A stretch of 64,000 bases of DNA from Paraphysomonas bandaiensis. Lineage: Eukaryota; Protista; Chrysophyceae. Shown here piece by piece: positions 62,705-64,000 of this stretch. The notes beneath the pieces were generated by a model, which was not told where the DNA came from, did no database searches, and saw only the letters and a list, made by a program, of their open reading frames with translations. Both the position numbers and the translations under genes were made by a program. The stretch is taken from contig CBFFRP010000136.1 of NCBI GenBank assembly GCA_965644295.1, positions 186,001 through 250,000 of the forward strand, read 5' to 3'. The first letter of the stretch is position 1. Every line of letters starts with the position of its first letter.

Positions 62705-62793
62705 TAAGGCCCGGTCACCGGTAACGGTCCATTAATGGGTGTCCAGTTCCCCGCAATTATAATGGCATGAACATTAATGGTTACCAGGCCTTA
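62705..62793. mobile_element. ~89-bp MITE/relic of hAT family A
   Basis: ccagttccccgcaattataatggcat..cattaatggttaccaggcc is the reverse complement of the family A left end. Imperfect terminal repeats taaggcccggtcacc / ggttaccaggcctta. Confidence 0.75.
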
Positions 62794-63214
62794 TTTGTTT
62801 ACTTGTGCATGTCATTGGGGCTTGAATAAAATCTCTTGAGATCCCCAAATCCCAAATGACATATTCCTTTTGTCTAATAGTAAGCTACAACTACTCAGTT
62901 CAAAATCTACCATGAAAATTGCTCGTCAATTTATACAGTTGGACATAAAATAAATTTCAAATTTACAACACAGATTAACATATATAACGCACTATTTCTT
63001 CTTTAACTCCCGTTCGACGCCTCCACTGCCCTAATCTAATAATTCAGATGTATTCGTAACAAGCCAGAGTGTACGTAGTAGTATCGGAATTTCTTGCATT
63101 TTTCAATAACTTCATTTGTTCCTTACTTAGATCATTCCTACGAGTTCCAAGCAGAAATACAGTTTTAAAAAGGTAAATCGACATGAATAGTTATCTACAT
63201 ATATATTTCACATG

Positions 63215-64000
63215 CTAGTAATCAATATCTTGACAGTACCACCTATCAGTGTACCATATAGCCAACGTAACTAAGTAAACACACAATCCAAATAATATAA
63301 CAAGCCCAATCTTAGACCTCATAAGCATTCTAATTTGCCACGATTTCTCAGTTAGTAAATCGGTGTCAATATCTCTAATACGTATATAAGATGCAAGCAA
63401 TTCATCAACTTGAAGCACAATGGCCACACCTTTCATGAAAAACTTAGGATGTCAGAAAAGAATCATGAGCAATGCATACCTACAAAGTTACTGATAAGTT
63501 CAAGAAGATTCACGCTCTTACCCATCACCACGCCCACACACAGAAGCTGGAGAAGAGCATTGATTTGCATCATGAAAACAAGGCACCTATGCGAGCGCCC
63601 CAAATGCAGATATCTCATCATCTGGTGCACAGATTCTATCCCCGCTAGTACATATGCGATTATCCAACAACTAGAACAGGATACAACAATCACGTACCGT
63701 ATCCACAACAGAGAGGTATGCCAACTACAACTGCCCAGCTGACCTTTTCTTCAGGGCAAGGGAGCATAGTGTAGAAGAGAGCGGCAAGAGTAAAAAATTG
63801 ACACCACCAGAGCAAATACGCAAAAATTTTCAGAGTTATAGGATAAGGTTTGAAAAGGATTTCTGTTATGCTACTAAGAACCGGATCTTCATTCGACGCC
63901 GGCATATATTTGCTCAGCGAATCCACTTGAGAGTTAACTTCGTTGAAGAATATGTCGAGTGCCTCTACACCATATTTAGATCCTGATCTCTGCAAACGGG
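63215..64000 (-). CDS. Unknown multi-pass membrane protein, 3' part
   Basis: Three consecutive minus-strand ORFs with hydrophobic helices, separated by intron-sized gaps. No family recognised. Confidence 0.6.

Overview
This is a gene-dense eukaryotic nuclear window with short (~45-60 bp) GT-AG introns. It probably comes from a flagellated protist; a stramenopile is my inference from CFAP52, the hAT/Copia types and the intron size. Host genes in order: 3' end of a bromodomain protein with 36-aa repeats, makorin-like CCCH/RING E3 ligase, malic enzyme, YecM-family (bacterial-type VOC) protein, a large CKK/CAMSAP-domain protein with 20 x 35-aa repeats, importin-beta, intronless ATM/Tel1 kinase, tRNA-Ser(CGA), WHEP-bearing aspartyl-tRNA synthetase, RNI-like LRR protein, ribosomal protein eS7, a double-domain family-16 methyltransferase, CFAP52/WDR16, mitochondrial malate dehydrogenase and part of an unknown membrane protein. 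Mobile DNA: a defective hAT with TIRs and an 8-bp TSD, a very young Ty1/Copia (identical 320-bp LTRs, TSD TAAGC) nested in a dead hAT copy, a second hAT family, several MITEs and LTR relics, and an older decayed Copia (TSD CGCTA). The most striking structure lies inside the older Copia. It is a near-perfect ~3.2-kb palindrome (arms 43095-44693 and 44741-46289) with a smaller hairpin nested in each arm and a captured non-Copia Tudor-like fragment at the centre. It replaces part of RT and is a candidate natural hairpin-RNA (Mu-killer-like) silencing locus. Both Copia families also share a conserved ~60-aa domain between integrase and RT that I do not recognise, and a gag ATG formed by the LTR/PBS junction.
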